Source: Vicinamibacteria bacterium (lineage in GTDB: Bacteria; Acidobacteriota; Vicinamibacteria; Marinacidobacterales; Marinacidobacteraceae). From it: a stretch of DNA of 64,000 nucleotides. The notes below the pieces were generated by a model. That model did no database searches, had not been told where the DNA came from, and saw nothing but the letters and a program-made list of their open reading frames with translations. This document shows positions 32,033-42,157 of the stretch, piece after piece. The position numbers and the translations under genes are program-made. The stretch lies in contig CAXXLQ010000004.1 in the NCBI GenBank assembly GCA_963668695.2, forward strand, positions 3,584,001 through 3,648,000. Reading direction: 5' to 3'. Every line of letters begins with the position of its first letter. Within the stretch, counting starts at the first letter, position 1.

Positions 32033-33675
32033 GAATCCTCGGCCGGAGCCCGCAAGGGTTCCTCATTCCGCTGCTCCTGCTCGCGGCCGGCGTCACCGGC
32101 TGCGCGACCAGCCGTCACTTGACGGCCGGAGAGACCGCGGAACGCCTCGGCCGCTTCGACGACGCCGTGGTGCACTACGCCCGGGCGGTCGCGGATGACC
32201 CCTCCGATTTGGCCGCCGCGCTGTCCCTGACGCGCGCGAAGCTGCGCGCCGCCGAGGGGCACGCGAAGGAGGCGGAGCGCCTCGCGGCGCAGAAGGACTA
32301 CCCCGGGGCGGAGGACGCCCTCCGGGCGGCCATCATCCTGGCGCCGGATGAGATGTCTTACCGGGAACGGTTGGCCATCATCCAGGAGGCGGTCGAGGGA
32401 CAGGCCGAGGAAACACGGGCGCTGACTCTCGCGGAGTTGAAGAAAGAGGCTCTGACCCGGCCGCTGGGGCTCGATATGCCCGAAGACGCCCGGGCGCCGG
32501 CGAGCTTCGTGTTCCGCGATGCGAGCCTTCGCTATGTCCTGCTGACCATCGGCGAGATCGCCGGCGTCAACGTCGCCTTCGACGAAGACTTCGTGGATCA
32601 GAGCGTCTCGATCGAGGCGGAGGATTCCTCTTTCGAGGACGTGATCCGCAGCCTGACCGAAACCACCGGCCACTTCTTCCGCGTCGAGTCACCCCACCTG
32701 ATCACCATCGTTCCGGACACCCAGAACAAGCGGCTCCAGTACGAGCGGCAGGTGGCGCAGACCTTCTACCTGTCGTCGGCGGATCTCGTCGAGACGGCGG
32801 ACACGCTCCGCATCGTCCTGGGAATCCGCCAGATCGCTCAGCACGCCGGGACCAACTCCATCACGATGGTGGACACCTGGGAGCAGGTCCGTTCCGCGCA
32901 GCGCATCATCAAGGCGCTCGACCGGAGTCCCGGCGAGGTGGTCGTGGACGTGGAACTCATGGAGGTGAATCGGACCCACCTGGAGCAATACGGCATTCCC
33001 CTGCTGTCCGCCGGCTCCGAGGCCATTTCGGTAGCTCTCACCCCCCGGCTGGACACCGTGCTCCAAAACCCCTACGAGCGCGGCAACCTCCAGATCGCGG
33101 GACTCCCCGGCGCGATCCTGAACCTGGTCCGCTCGGATAGCGACACCCACGTGCTCGCCAACCCGCAGCTCCGGGCTTCCGACGGCAAGACCGCGACCGC
33201 CGATTTCGGCGAACGGGTTCCGGTTCCGGTGACCACCTTCGCTCCGTTCGCGGCCGGAGGACTCGCCCAGCAGCCGACCACGACGTTCGAGTACGAAAAC
33301 GTCGGGGTAAGCATCGAGGTGCGTCCCCGGATCCACCACGACGACAGCGTGACGCTGGAGATCAAGGTCCGCCTCGACAACGTGTCGGGCACCGGGTATT
33401 CCGGGCTGCCGACCTTCGGGAACCGGAACGTGGAGACGACGCTTCGCCTCAGGAACGGCGAGACCAGCATGATCGCCGGACTCATCCGTCAGGAGGAGCG
33501 GAGCAGCCTGAGCGGGCTTCCCGGAATCGCCGATATCCCCGTGATCGGGCGGCTGTTCGGCCAGAACTCCAACAACTCATCGGAGTCCGACATCATCCTG
33601 ACCATCACCCCGAGGATCGCGCGGCGTGCGGATCTCGACCGGGAGACCCTGCTGCCGCACATCGTCCGGCGCTGA
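32029..33675 (+). CDS. Secretin (GspD/PilQ family) with N-terminal TPR, lipoprotein
   Basis: VTGC lipobox; EVVVDVELMEV, LANPQLR, YENVGVSIEVRPRIH, GIADIPVIGRLF, ITPRI. Confidence 0.88.
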   Translation: MRILGRSPQGFLIPLLLLAAGVTGCATSRHLTAGETAERLGRFDDAVVHYARAVADDPSDLAAALSLTRAKLRAAEGHAKEAERLAAQKDYPGAEDALRAAIILAPDEMSYRERLAIIQEAVEGQAEETRALTLAELKKEALTRPLGLDMPEDARAPASFVFRDASLRYVLLTIGEIAGVNVAFDEDFVDQSVSIEAEDSSFEDVIRSLTETTGHFFRVESPHLITIVPDTQNKRLQYERQVAQTFYLSSADLVETADTLRIVLGIRQIAQHAGTNSITMVDTWEQVRSAQRIIKALDRSPGEVVVDVELMEVNRTHLEQYGIPLLSAGSEAISVALTPRLDTVLQNPYERGNLQIAGLPGAILNLVRSDSDTHVLANPQLRASDGKTATADFGERVPVPVTTFAPFAAGGLAQQPTTTFEYENVGVSIEVRPRIHHDDSVTLEIKVRLDNVSGTGYSGLPTFGNRNVETTLRLRNGETSMIAGLIRQEERSSLSGLPGIADIPVIGRLFGQNSNNSSESDIILTITPRIARRADLDRETLLPHIVRR

Positions 33676-33677
33676 CC

Positions 33678-34400
33678 CCGTCGGGCGGTTCGGGGACGGG
33701 GCGCCGTCGCCATTCCGGATTGGAATCTCCCCATGAGTGCGCTCAGGCGGGCGCCCCGTCCCCGAACCGCCCGGCGCTTCGCGCCGCGCTTCCGAAGTGC
33801 GGCAAGAGCCGCACGGAGACCCCGGAGCAGGAGGGGTTGGGGGAGGTCGGGGAACCCGACTCCCCTCCGTCCGCAGCTCGGGCTTCCGGAGTGCGGCGAG
33901 AGCCGCGCGGAGACCCCGGAGCAGGAGCGGCTGGGGTCGGGGGACCCGACTCCCAGCCGCTCCTGGCTCGGGAATCGCAACTCCCTTGCGCGCCCGAAAG
34001 CGCGCGGCGGCGAGTTCCGATTCGTCGTTGTCGTCTTGTGAAAGGGGGAGTTCCCCCTTTCACACTTTCCCCCTGATCTCGCCGGCGGCGCACCCTCCGG
34101 GTCCGCCGCCATTTCTTTTCCTGCTCATCCGGCTCCACTCCATATTTCTCACACCCACAGCCTTTCCTCGTGCCGGAGTCGGCACCACAAGAGTGCCGAG
34201 CTGCCACAGCGGTGAATGGCACGGGCTGGGCCGTGAGGGTGGATGGCGGTGCTTTCGCTCCCCCGCGGGGGTGGCCAGGGGTGCGTTTCGCCGTCCCCGA
34301 CCAGGTCGGTGCGATAGGAGTGATTGGGACGGGAGTTTCGCGGCCTTCGGCCGCGATGCCGGTCTGAAGGCCCCCACCGGGAGAACTGGCCGGCGCTCCT
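33678..34400. repeat. Cluster of several palindromic repeat families
   Basis: GGGCGGTTCGGGGACG inverted repeat; two GAGACCCCGGAGCAGGAG units (also near 56490); GTGAAAGGGGG hairpin; REP carrying the 20-bp module. Confidence 0.7.
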
Positions 34401-34423
34401 GGGCGGCGCTCCTGGGCGGGTGC

Positions 34424-35875
34424 CTACCGGGTGAGCCCGGCCGCGGCGGCTTCCGGGACGCCGCCGAAATGACCGTTCGAGAGGAACAGGAAGACGGTCT
34501 GGTCGTCTCCACCGGCAAGTTCGCCCACCCGCCGGAGAAGCGCGGGGTGATCGCTCAGCACCTCCGCCGGCACGCCTCCCGACTCGAGGTCGAGGGCCAG
34601 ACGGTCGAGATCGAGGGACGCGGTTCCCGGCAGTCGGCGGCCGCGGCTCTCGCCGGCCGAGGAGGCCAGCAGGACCCGGTTCGCCGGCCGGAACGCCTCC
34701 GCGAACCGGTCCTGGAACACCGCGCTGCGAGCGGTGAAGGAGCGCGGTTCGAAGACCGGCACGAGACGCGCCTCCGGCCAGCGACCCGACGCCGCCTCGA
34801 TGACCGCCTCGACGGCGGTCGGGTGATGGGCAAAGTCCCGGACCACCAGCACCCGTCCATCCGGACTCGCACCAAGACGCTCGAGCCGCCGCTCCACCCC
34901 TGAAAACCGGCGGACGGCGTCGCGGATCGCTTCCCATTCGACACCGAGCCACTCGGCCGCGGCAGCCGCCGCCAGGACGTTCCGCGCCGAAGCCCGACCC
35001 CAGAACCGGCCCTCGAGGGGCGGCCGCGCCACCCCTCGAAACGACGGCAGGAGGCGGCTTCCGGAAGCGCCGCTCGCCTCGATGACCGCGGTCCAGTCGG
35101 CCCGAGCGTCGCCCCCGGGGGGTACGGAGAACGTCTGCACCGTGGTGTGGGCCGCCGAGGCGAGTTCGGCAGCGGCTGCCGAATCGGCGCCCAGCAGCAG
35201 GAGGCCGCGGCGCGGAGGCAGCCGGGCCAGAAAGGAAAACTGCCGCCGGACTGCCGCGAAATCGGCGTAGATGTCCGCGTGGTCGAACTCGACGTTGCCG
35301 ACGATGGCCACCTCCGGCAGGTAGTGGAGGAATTTGGGCCCCTTGTCCCAGTACGCCGTGTCGTATTCGTCGCCCTCGACAACGAAGGGCTCACCGGGCG
35401 CCCCCAACTCGAAACTCCCTCCGAGATCGCTCGCCACGCCTCCGACGAGGAAGCCCACATCCCGTCCCGCGGCCCGCAGAATCCAGGCGAGCAGCGAGGT
35501 CGTGGTCGTCTTCCCGTGGGTCCCGGCAACGACCACCGGCAACCGCGGACGGAGGACAAGTTCCCGGAGCGTTTCCGGGAAGGACACGAGCGGCAGGCGG
35601 CGATCGAGCGCCGCCTCCAGCTCGGGATTCCCGCGCGAGATCGCGTTTCCCACGATCACCGCACGACAAGCGTCGGGGAGATTCTCCGGCCCAAACGGCG
35701 TTCGAACCGCAATCCCCTCCTTTTCGAGGACCGTGGACATCGGGGGATAGGCCCCCTGGTCCGATCCGGTCACCAGATAGCCGAGCCGGGTGAGGAGTCC
35801 CGCGAGGGAGGCCATCGCGGTTCCCGCCACTCCGAGGACGTGGAGGGGATCGCCCGCCCGCAGCCCCTGGATCAC
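34424..35875 (-). CDS. mpl: Murein peptide ligase Mpl (MurC-like)
   Basis: GTAMASLA, YPPMS, GNAISRGNPE, GTHGKTTT, EGDEYDTA, DFAHHPTA, FEPRS. Confidence 0.9.
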   Translation of the reverse strand: MIQGLRAGDPLHVLGVAGTAMASLAGLLTRLGYLVTGSDQGAYPPMSTVLEKEGIAVRTPFGPENLPDACRAVIVGNAISRGNPELEAALDRRLPLVSFPETLRELVLRPRLPVVVAGTHGKTTTTSLLAWILRAAGRDVGFLVGGVASDLGGSFELGAPGEPFVVEGDEYDTAYWDKGPKFLHYLPEVAIVGNVEFDHADIYADFAAVRRQFSFLARLPPRRGLLLLGADSAAAAELASAAHTTVQTFSVPPGGDARADWTAVIEASGASGSRLLPSFRGVARPPLEGRFWGRASARNVLAAAAAAEWLGVEWEAIRDAVRRFSGVERRLERLGASPDGRVLVVRDFAHHPTAVEAVIEAASGRWPEARLVPVFEPRSFTARSAVFQDRFAEAFRPANRVLLASSAGESRGRRLPGTASLDLDRLALDLESGGVPAEVLSDHPALLRRVGELAGGDDQTVFLFLSNGHFGGVPEAAAAGLTR

Positions 35876-36789
35876 GCCACGGCGCCTTCCAGGAGGGTCA
35901 GTCCGTCGGCGTCCATGCGGGCGCGCACCTCGAACGGGACCGTGCGGCACGGATCCCCGTCCGTGTGTCCGGTGGCGAAACCGAAGACGGTGGGAACCCC
36001 GAAAGGCTCGCTGAGGCGAGCCAGGAGTTCCGCCGTCGTGTACCCCTGGTCCGGGTGCTGGGTGCAGCCGGGCATCTGGCCGAAGACGATGCCGCGCACC
36101 CCGTCCAGCAGTCCGGCGAACGACAACTGGGTCAGCATCCGCTCGATCTGGTACGGCTTGACGGAAACGTCCTCGACAACGGCGATGGCGCCGCGGAAGG
36201 AAGTCGCGAAACGGGTGCCCGCCAGCGCCGCGAGCATCGAGAGACAGCCTCCCCGGAGAACGCCCTCCGCACGGCCTGGATGGAGGCTTTCCGCGCCCCG
36301 CCAGGGCAAGTGGAAACCGGGTTCCCGGGCGCGCAGGAGGCCGAGCGTCTCCTCCGGGTCCCAGCGGGAGGGGCCGCGGGCGATCTGCTGCGCCACCATG
36401 GGGCCGTGAAACGACGCGACTTCCGCCCCCGAGGCAAGCGCCAGCAGCGCCGTCAGATCGCTCCCCCCGAGAATCGCCTTCGGATTCCGCCGCAGCCGAT
36501 CCACCGGGATGCGGGGAAGCAGATCGAGGCTGCCGTATCCCCCACGAGCGCCGAACAGCGCGGTGACTCCGTCATCTTCCAGAAGCTCAAGGAAGTCCTC
36601 GGTGCGCTCGGCAGCGGACCCGGCGGTGTATCCCCGCCGGTTGAGCAGATGTCTTGCCCGGCGCGGGACGAGTCCGACGCGCCGGAGTTCCGCTTCGCCC
36701 GCTTCGAGCCAGGGGAGCTGCACCGGACTGGCCGGCGCCAGGATCCCCACCGTCGCACCGGGATGGACCGCGGGGGGCCGGAATGCCAT
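35872..36789 (-). CDS. ldcA: LD-carboxypeptidase (S66)
   Basis: APASP, RGGYG, GGSDLT, HGPM, GGCLS, ED, GH. Confidence 0.88.
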   Translation of the reverse strand: MAFRPPAVHPGATVGILAPASPVQLPWLEAGEAELRRVGLVPRRARHLLNRRGYTAGSAAERTEDFLELLEDDGVTALFGARGGYGSLDLLPRIPVDRLRRNPKAILGGSDLTALLALASGAEVASFHGPMVAQQIARGPSRWDPEETLGLLRAREPGFHLPWRGAESLHPGRAEGVLRGGCLSMLAALAGTRFATSFRGAIAVVEDVSVKPYQIERMLTQLSFAGLLDGVRGIVFGQMPGCTQHPDQGYTTAELLARLSEPFGVPTVFGFATGHTDGDPCRTVPFEVRARMDADGLTLLEGAVA

Positions 36790-37400
36790 CAGCGAAGGAG
36801 CCAGGAGGCGGCGGCCAGGACGGCCAGTGAAACGAGGACCACGAAAAGAACCCGCAACCGCGTGCGCCGCGGCTCTCCCGGAAGCGGTCCGGCGACATAG
36901 AGCCTCGGCGTCCTGGCGGGGGGCCACGGCTCGGTCTCGTGGCCGGCCGGTTCCTCCCCCTCGGCCGCCTCGGGAGCCATCGCCTCCGCCAGGGCGTCCG
37001 CGGTTGGCTCCGCTCCGGAGCGCGCGTCGGTCCCCTCCGTCGCACCAGCCTCGCCGAACGATTCGATGCGGCAGCGGGCGCCGCCAAAGAACAGGACGTC
37101 ACCGGGATGGATGCGCACCCGGGTGGGTACCGGGGCGCCGTTGACGCGGCTCTGGTTGGTGCTCTCCAGATCTTCGAGATGCAGTTCGAGGTCTCGGAGT
37201 ACGAGCCGCGCGTGTCTTCGGCTCACGAACATGTCGTCGAGCCGGACGGTGCACCCGGGAGATCGGCCGATGGTGGTTTCCCGGTTCTGAATCTCGTAGC
37301 GGGCCGGCGGCGGCTGGCGGTCTCCGGGGGAGTCGCCGGACCGGACGTTCTCCACCACGAGTTCGTAGAGCGCGGGGGTCGAGCCCGAGTCAGGGGTCAC
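36789..37400 (-). CDS. FHA-domain protein with C-terminal transmembrane helix
   Basis: IGRS..VSRRHA..DLESTN..GD; hydrophobic C-terminus. Confidence 0.85.
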   Translation of the reverse strand: MTPDSGSTPALYELVVENVRSGDSPGDRQPPPARYEIQNRETTIGRSPGCTVRLDDMFVSRRHARLVLRDLELHLEDLESTNQSRVNGAPVPTRVRIHPGDVLFFGGARCRIESFGEAGATEGTDARSGAEPTADALAEAMAPEAAEGEEPAGHETEPWPPARTPRLYVAGPLPGEPRRTRLRVLFVVLVSLAVLAAASWLLR

Positions 37401-39466
37401 CGCGCCATTCCGAGCCGCCGGAGAGCCAGGGGCGCGAGCAGCGGTCCGTCGTGGGTCACGAGCGTGGCCCCGGTCACCTCGGCGGCGGCCTCGAACAGCT
37501 GTGCGGCCCGCGCGCGTTCCCCGAGCGCCTCAAGGGCGAGCGCCCGGTAGTAGAGGACCGTTCCGTCGCCGATACCCGGGCCGGTGGGGGCCCGCACTTC
37601 GTTCAGATACCGGACCAGCGCCCTCTCGGGATCCCCAAGCCGGATCCAGCAGATGCCGGCTTCGAGCTGCCGGGTCGCATCGCCCCGGCCTCGCGCGAAG
37701 TCGGCCTCGAGTTCCACCAGGCGCCGATTGCACTGTCCCGCGGAAAGCGAGGGCAGAACCGGCGTCTCGGAGAGCACCAGGCGCAGTTGCCGCTCGGCTC
37801 CCTCGCGCCGCACGACGAGGTCGATCGTGGTGTCCGGCGGCTCCATGGCGACGAGCTCCGCGAGCGCGAGCTCGTCGGACAGAAGGCGGCCCTCGATTTC
37901 GCGAAGCTCGTCTCCCGGTTCCATCCCGGCGAGCACGGCGGGGCCCGCCGGATGCACGCTCGCAACCTGGAGCCCCCTGGCCCCTCCCTCTTCGCCGGAA
38001 CTCGCGAGCGCCACCGCGGTCAGCCCGAGCCAGGACCGCCGCCGCCTGGGTGGTGTCAGGAGCCGCTCCGTGGCGGCGCCCGCGCTCGCGGGGGAGAAGC
38101 GATCGAACGGGACCACATCCGGCACCCGGGAACCCGCGGCGAGGAACTCGACCCGGGCTGGCCCGCTGCCGGATTCGGGGAGCCGGATCCGGACCCGCGC
38201 CTGGACCTCGTGTTCATCCAGCTCGTCCACGACGAAGTAGCCCTCCCTCGCCCGCAGGACGCGGTCGACCTCCCGGTCCGCTTCCGACGCTCCGTCCGGC
38301 CCGCTCGGGGTCAGCGCGAGAACCGGAAGCACCTCGCACGATATTGCCGTCCGGGAACCGCGCGAGACGGTGAAGGAGCGAACGCAGCGGCCGGCGCGAT
38401 GGTAGATCTCGACCTCGTGCTCTCCGGAGCACATCGCCGAAAATGAGACCGGCGTCACCCCTTGTTCCTCGCCGTCGAGCACGACCGTTCCGCCACTCGG
38501 TTCGCTCTCGATCCTGAGCCCGCCCGTGGAAGGCCGGAGCCTCAGGAAGCGGGGCAGATAGTCGCGGGCTTCGTCGGCGTGAAACGTGAACCGCGAAGGA
38601 GTCCGGCAAGGCGCCTCCAGGGTGATTTCGTTGGCCCCCGTTTCCAGGTTCCCGAGCTGAAGCGGCGCGGAGAATTCGTCGCGGGCGAAGCGCGGCGGGA
38701 CCAGCGGACGGAGATCCTCCGGAAGACTGCCGCCAGTCACTCCCGCCACGCGGCCTCCGACGCGCACGGTGACGCCCGCCGGCGAGGTGACCACGGAAAG
38801 CACCGGACGGCTGCGCTCCATCTCGTGCTCGATCGAGATCATTTCGCCCGCCAGCACTTCGCGGCGCGGTTCGGTGTACACGGCGTATCCCGGCCGCTGC
38901 AGCCGAATCGTGACGAGTCCGGCGAATAGCGGCCGGCCGGTGAGGGGCGTGACGCCGACCGCTTCATCTTCGACGAACACGGTTACGCCGGCCGGCTCGG
39001 TAAGGACGCTCAGATGGGCGAGCAGCTCACCCCGCTGCTGTTCGAACAGATCCACCGCCGCCGGAGAAAGTCCGGGCAGGTCGAGGCGCCAGGTCGGATC
39101 GGCCAGGATGAGCAGACGCAGGTCGTCCGCGGCCTGCTCCCGGGATTCCCGAGTCAGGTGGACTCGGGCCCGGTACTCGAGCGCCCTCAGGAAGAGCTCG
39201 GTCTCGACCTCCGGAAGCCTCCCCTGCGCGTCCCGGGCCGCATCGAGTTCGTCGAGGATCGCGGTCAGAGCGAGCACCGCCTCCACGGCCAGGTCGGGAT
39301 CTCCGGTCTGCGGACGCAGGGCCCGCAGTTCGGCGGCGATGGCGACCGGATCCTGAGAGGCCATCGTCTGCGGCGCGGCGCCCGCCGGGATCCCGAAGCC
39401 GTCCAGCGCCCCCGCCAGCAGGACCAGGATGATCCCCGCCGACACGGGGTTCTTGAAAGATCTCAC
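37397..39466 (-). CDS. Exported PEGA-repeat / PDZ / TPR protein
   Basis: TEPAGVTVFV..GVTP and ESEPSGGTVVLDG..GVTP (PEGA); VHPAGPAVLAGMEPGD (PDZ); start inferred at GTG 39466. Confidence 0.75.
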   Translation of the reverse strand: MRSFKNPVSAGIILVLLAGALDGFGIPAGAAPQTMASQDPVAIAAELRALRPQTGDPDLAVEAVLALTAILDELDAARDAQGRLPEVETELFLRALEYRARVHLTRESREQAADDLRLLILADPTWRLDLPGLSPAAVDLFEQQRGELLAHLSVLTEPAGVTVFVEDEAVGVTPLTGRPLFAGLVTIRLQRPGYAVYTEPRREVLAGEMISIEHEMERSRPVLSVVTSPAGVTVRVGGRVAGVTGGSLPEDLRPLVPPRFARDEFSAPLQLGNLETGANEITLEAPCRTPSRFTFHADEARDYLPRFLRLRPSTGGLRIESEPSGGTVVLDGEEQGVTPVSFSAMCSGEHEVEIYHRAGRCVRSFTVSRGSRTAISCEVLPVLALTPSGPDGASEADREVDRVLRAREGYFVVDELDEHEVQARVRIRLPESGSGPARVEFLAAGSRVPDVVPFDRFSPASAGAATERLLTPPRRRRSWLGLTAVALASSGEEGGARGLQVASVHPAGPAVLAGMEPGDELREIEGRLLSDELALAELVAMEPPDTTIDLVVRREGAERQLRLVLSETPVLPSLSAGQCNRRLVELEADFARGRGDATRQLEAGICWIRLGDPERALVRYLNEVRAPTGPGIGDGTVLYYRALALEALGERARAAQLFEAAAEVTGATLVTHDGPLLAPLALRRLGMAR

Positions 39467-39473
39467 CGTGCGT

Positions 39474-41045
39474 TCACCGGAGCACCGCCACCGCGTGCGT
39501 GGATTCGTCCAGCACGTAGAGCCCTCCATCGGGCCCCACGTCGAGGGATACCGGTCGGCGGACCGCACCGCCCGACCACTCTCCTCCCCTGAGCGTGACA
39601 AGCGGAGCGAAGTTCCGGTCGAAGACGGCGAGCGTCGGACCATCCCGGTCCAGAACGAAGAGGTTCCCCAACCCATCGAAGACCACGTCCACGGGCTCCG
39701 GGAAACCGGACTCCCGGGTGAGGTGGAAGATCCGCCGACCCTCCGCATCGAAAGCGAGAACTCCCTGACGCTCCTCGACGACGACCAGGTGTCCGGCGGG
39801 GTGCCGCTCGATCCGATGCACCTCGTCAAGACGGGGATGCTGCACCCGTCCGAGATGGAGGCCGGAACGGGCGAACCGGAACACCGTCTTCTCCCGGTCA
39901 TCCCAGATCCAGTACCCCTCGGGGGTGACCGTGATCGCGCGAATCCGCCGGAGCCGCTCGGGGCCGTTCGTGATCCGCAGGGTCAGAAGATTTCCGCCCA
40001 CCACCAGGGCTTCTTCGGTTGCCACCACCGGAATCGGCAAACCGCCGTTCCCCACCCCGGCATCCAAGTAGGCCAGATCCCAGGGGTTTTCAACCCCGAT
40101 CGCACCTTCGAACTCCCCGGCGCGCGAAAACGTCTGCAACTCGTCGGTGTCCCGGTCGAGAACGTGGATCCGGCCCCCTGCGATCCGCACCCGGCGCGGC
40201 CGGTCGAGCGGCTGCGGCGGCTGGATCGCACCGGTGAAACGCCAGGAAGGGCCGCCCGGCGACCGGTAGCGGGAGATGAGCGTCGCGAGTGCGCGGGCGT
40301 CTTCGGCAAGCCGGCGGGGGGAGAAGTCCCCAACGGCCTCGCCCGACGGATCGTCCCGGATCTCGTCCCGGATCGCGCGCAGGAGGTCCACGCGGAGCTC
40401 CGCCACCTCGCTGAAGGCCGCATCCGTTTCGCCGAGCCGCGCGAGGGTGCGGGCAAGCAGCAAGCGAGCGCGGAACCGCTCGGCTTCGGATGCCGGAGCG
40501 GCGCGGGTCTCGTGGAGTGCGGAGAGCAGGGCCCCCGCCACCGTCCGGTCGTCCATGAAATCGGACGCGATCCCGGCGATCCCGGTGAGCGCCGCGAAGG
40601 ACCAGGGAGAGCCCGAAGATCCGGCCGCGGTCAAGACCCGCTCGAACTCGGCCAGCGCGTCCTCGAGACGCGGCGGCAGGCTCGTGATCGCAATCCGTCC
40701 GAGCAGCAGGTGGGCTCCGGGGATCGAGTCGCCCGCCGGATACGCGCGAAAGAGACGGTCCACCATCTCCTCCGCGGCGACCGGGTCCCCCTCGACTTCG
40801 AAACGGTGCCGGGCAATTCGCAGGGCCGCGTCATCGGCGAGCCGACTCCCGGGCATGGTGTCCAGGATGGCTTCGAAATCGCGGAGCGCCTGACCGTAGC
40901 GCCCTCCCGCATAGAACTGCTCCGCACTCCGAAACCGTCGTTCGGCGGCACGTTCGAGCTGGGCATCGGTTTCCGTCTGGGCGGAAAGCGGAGACGCAAC
41001 CGCAAGCCCGATCAGAGCCGAAAGCCATGCCACGCGAGTGGTCAT
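39474..41045 (-). CDS. Exported TPR (BamD-like) + NHL beta-propeller protein
   Basis: Signal peptide; PGSRLADDA, YPAGD TPR motifs; PVDVVFDGLGNLFVLD, PVSLDVGPDGGLYVLD NHL repeats. Confidence 0.75.
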   Translation of the reverse strand: MTTRVAWLSALIGLAVASPLSAQTETDAQLERAAERRFRSAEQFYAGGRYGQALRDFEAILDTMPGSRLADDAALRIARHRFEVEGDPVAAEEMVDRLFRAYPAGDSIPGAHLLLGRIAITSLPPRLEDALAEFERVLTAAGSSGSPWSFAALTGIAGIASDFMDDRTVAGALLSALHETRAAPASEAERFRARLLLARTLARLGETDAAFSEVAELRVDLLRAIRDEIRDDPSGEAVGDFSPRRLAEDARALATLISRYRSPGGPSWRFTGAIQPPQPLDRPRRVRIAGGRIHVLDRDTDELQTFSRAGEFEGAIGVENPWDLAYLDAGVGNGGLPIPVVATEEALVVGGNLLTLRITNGPERLRRIRAITVTPEGYWIWDDREKTVFRFARSGLHLGRVQHPRLDEVHRIERHPAGHLVVVEERQGVLAFDAEGRRIFHLTRESGFPEPVDVVFDGLGNLFVLDRDGPTLAVFDRNFAPLVTLRGGEWSGGAVRRPVSLDVGPDGGLYVLDESTHAVAVLR

Positions 41046-41057
41046 GAAGGGGAACTG

Positions 41058-41666
41058 TCAGTTTACTCGGCGCGAACCCGCGGCAACGAACGAGGTTGCC
41101 TGTCGCGTGTCACGGAAGGAGCGGATCGCCGCCAACCCGGAGGCGCCGACGCCGCGGAGCCGATCGATGCTCTCCGGCGTCAGCCCCCCGACGACCCAGA
41201 CGGGAATCCGGAGCCGGCGGCAGGTCTCCCGGAAGACTTCCAGCGGCAAGGGGCGTTTCCCGCCGGTGGGCGCGAGCGGCCCCAGAATCACGTAGTCGGC
41301 CCCGTCCCGTTCCGCGGCAACCGCCGTGTCAAGTGCGTGAACCGAACGGCCAACCAGCAGCCGGCCGCGCGGAAAGCGGGAACGGACGACGGCAACGGGA
41401 AGGCCGGCCTCCGGCAGGTGGACACCGGCTACCGGGAACGTGGCCGCGAGCGCCAGCCGATCGTTCACGATGACCCGCGAGAGGACTTCCGGCGCCTGCG
41501 ACGCGAGGTTTTCGAGAAATCTCTCGAACTCGCGATCGGAGATCTCCCGGTCGCGCAACTGAAAAAAATCCACCCCGAGTCGCTGAAGCTCCCCGAGGTG
41601 TTCCACGGCGAGGCCGCGAACCGCGGAGATCGCGCAGTAGACGGGGCGTTCGGCCGATCCGAGCAT
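41058..41666 (-). CDS. thiE: Thiamine-phosphate synthase / TenI family
   Basis: QLRDRE, IVNDR, GVHL, GRSVH, ADYVILGP, VGG. Confidence 0.8.
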   Translation of the reverse strand: MLGSAERPVYCAISAVRGLAVEHLGELQRLGVDFFQLRDREISDREFERFLENLASQAPEVLSRVIVNDRLALAATFPVAGVHLPEAGLPVAVVRSRFPRGRLLVGRSVHALDTAVAAERDGADYVILGPLAPTGGKRPLPLEVFRETCRRLRIPVWVVGGLTPESIDRLRGVGASGLAAIRSFRDTRQATSFVAAGSRRVN

Positions 41667-41703
41667 CGCGCCGACGATGGAGCGCCCCAAGAAAGCCGCC
41701 TAA

Positions 41704-42157
41704 CAGCCTGTGGCAAAACCCACGCGGCCCAGTTCTCCCGGTGGGGGCTCGACCGGCGATCCATCCCGGCTGAACCACTCCGCTTCGCTGCGTTCTGCAT
41801 TGCGGTCGAAATACACCCGGGCCAGTTCTCCCGGTGGGGGCTCCTCCCTCACGCGCCTTGTCAGCCGGGCGCCTCGCCCCCACCGGGAGAACTGGCCGGC
41901 CTCGGCGCTCACGTGGGTTCCACCACCGGCTGCTAACAGCCCGTGGTGAAAGCACCCCGCACGAGCCCCAGGAGGTCGCGCGCGGCGAATCCGTCGGTTT
42001 GTGTGCGTGCGGGGCGCTTTCCCCACGGGTTGGTGGTGCGAATCGCTGCGCGATTCGCACCACCGTCTTTCGTGGGGAGGGGAAACCCCTCCCCACACCC
42101 CACCCCCGCGGCGCTGCGCGCCGCGAATGGATGCCTTCCGGGTTTCACCACAGGCTG
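41704..42157. repeat. MITE (41704-41932) plus MITE-ended composite repeat (41937-42157)
   Basis: CAGCCTGTGG/CAGCCCGTGG ends separated by CTAA; right end abuts the rplS TAG stop. Confidence 0.8.

Noticed and set aside
39429-41936. Long antisense or alternative-frame ORFs (also 116-1627, 13309-15093, 19829-21454, 48538-51012)
   Set aside because: Shadows of real genes in high-GC DNA, with no recognisable motifs.
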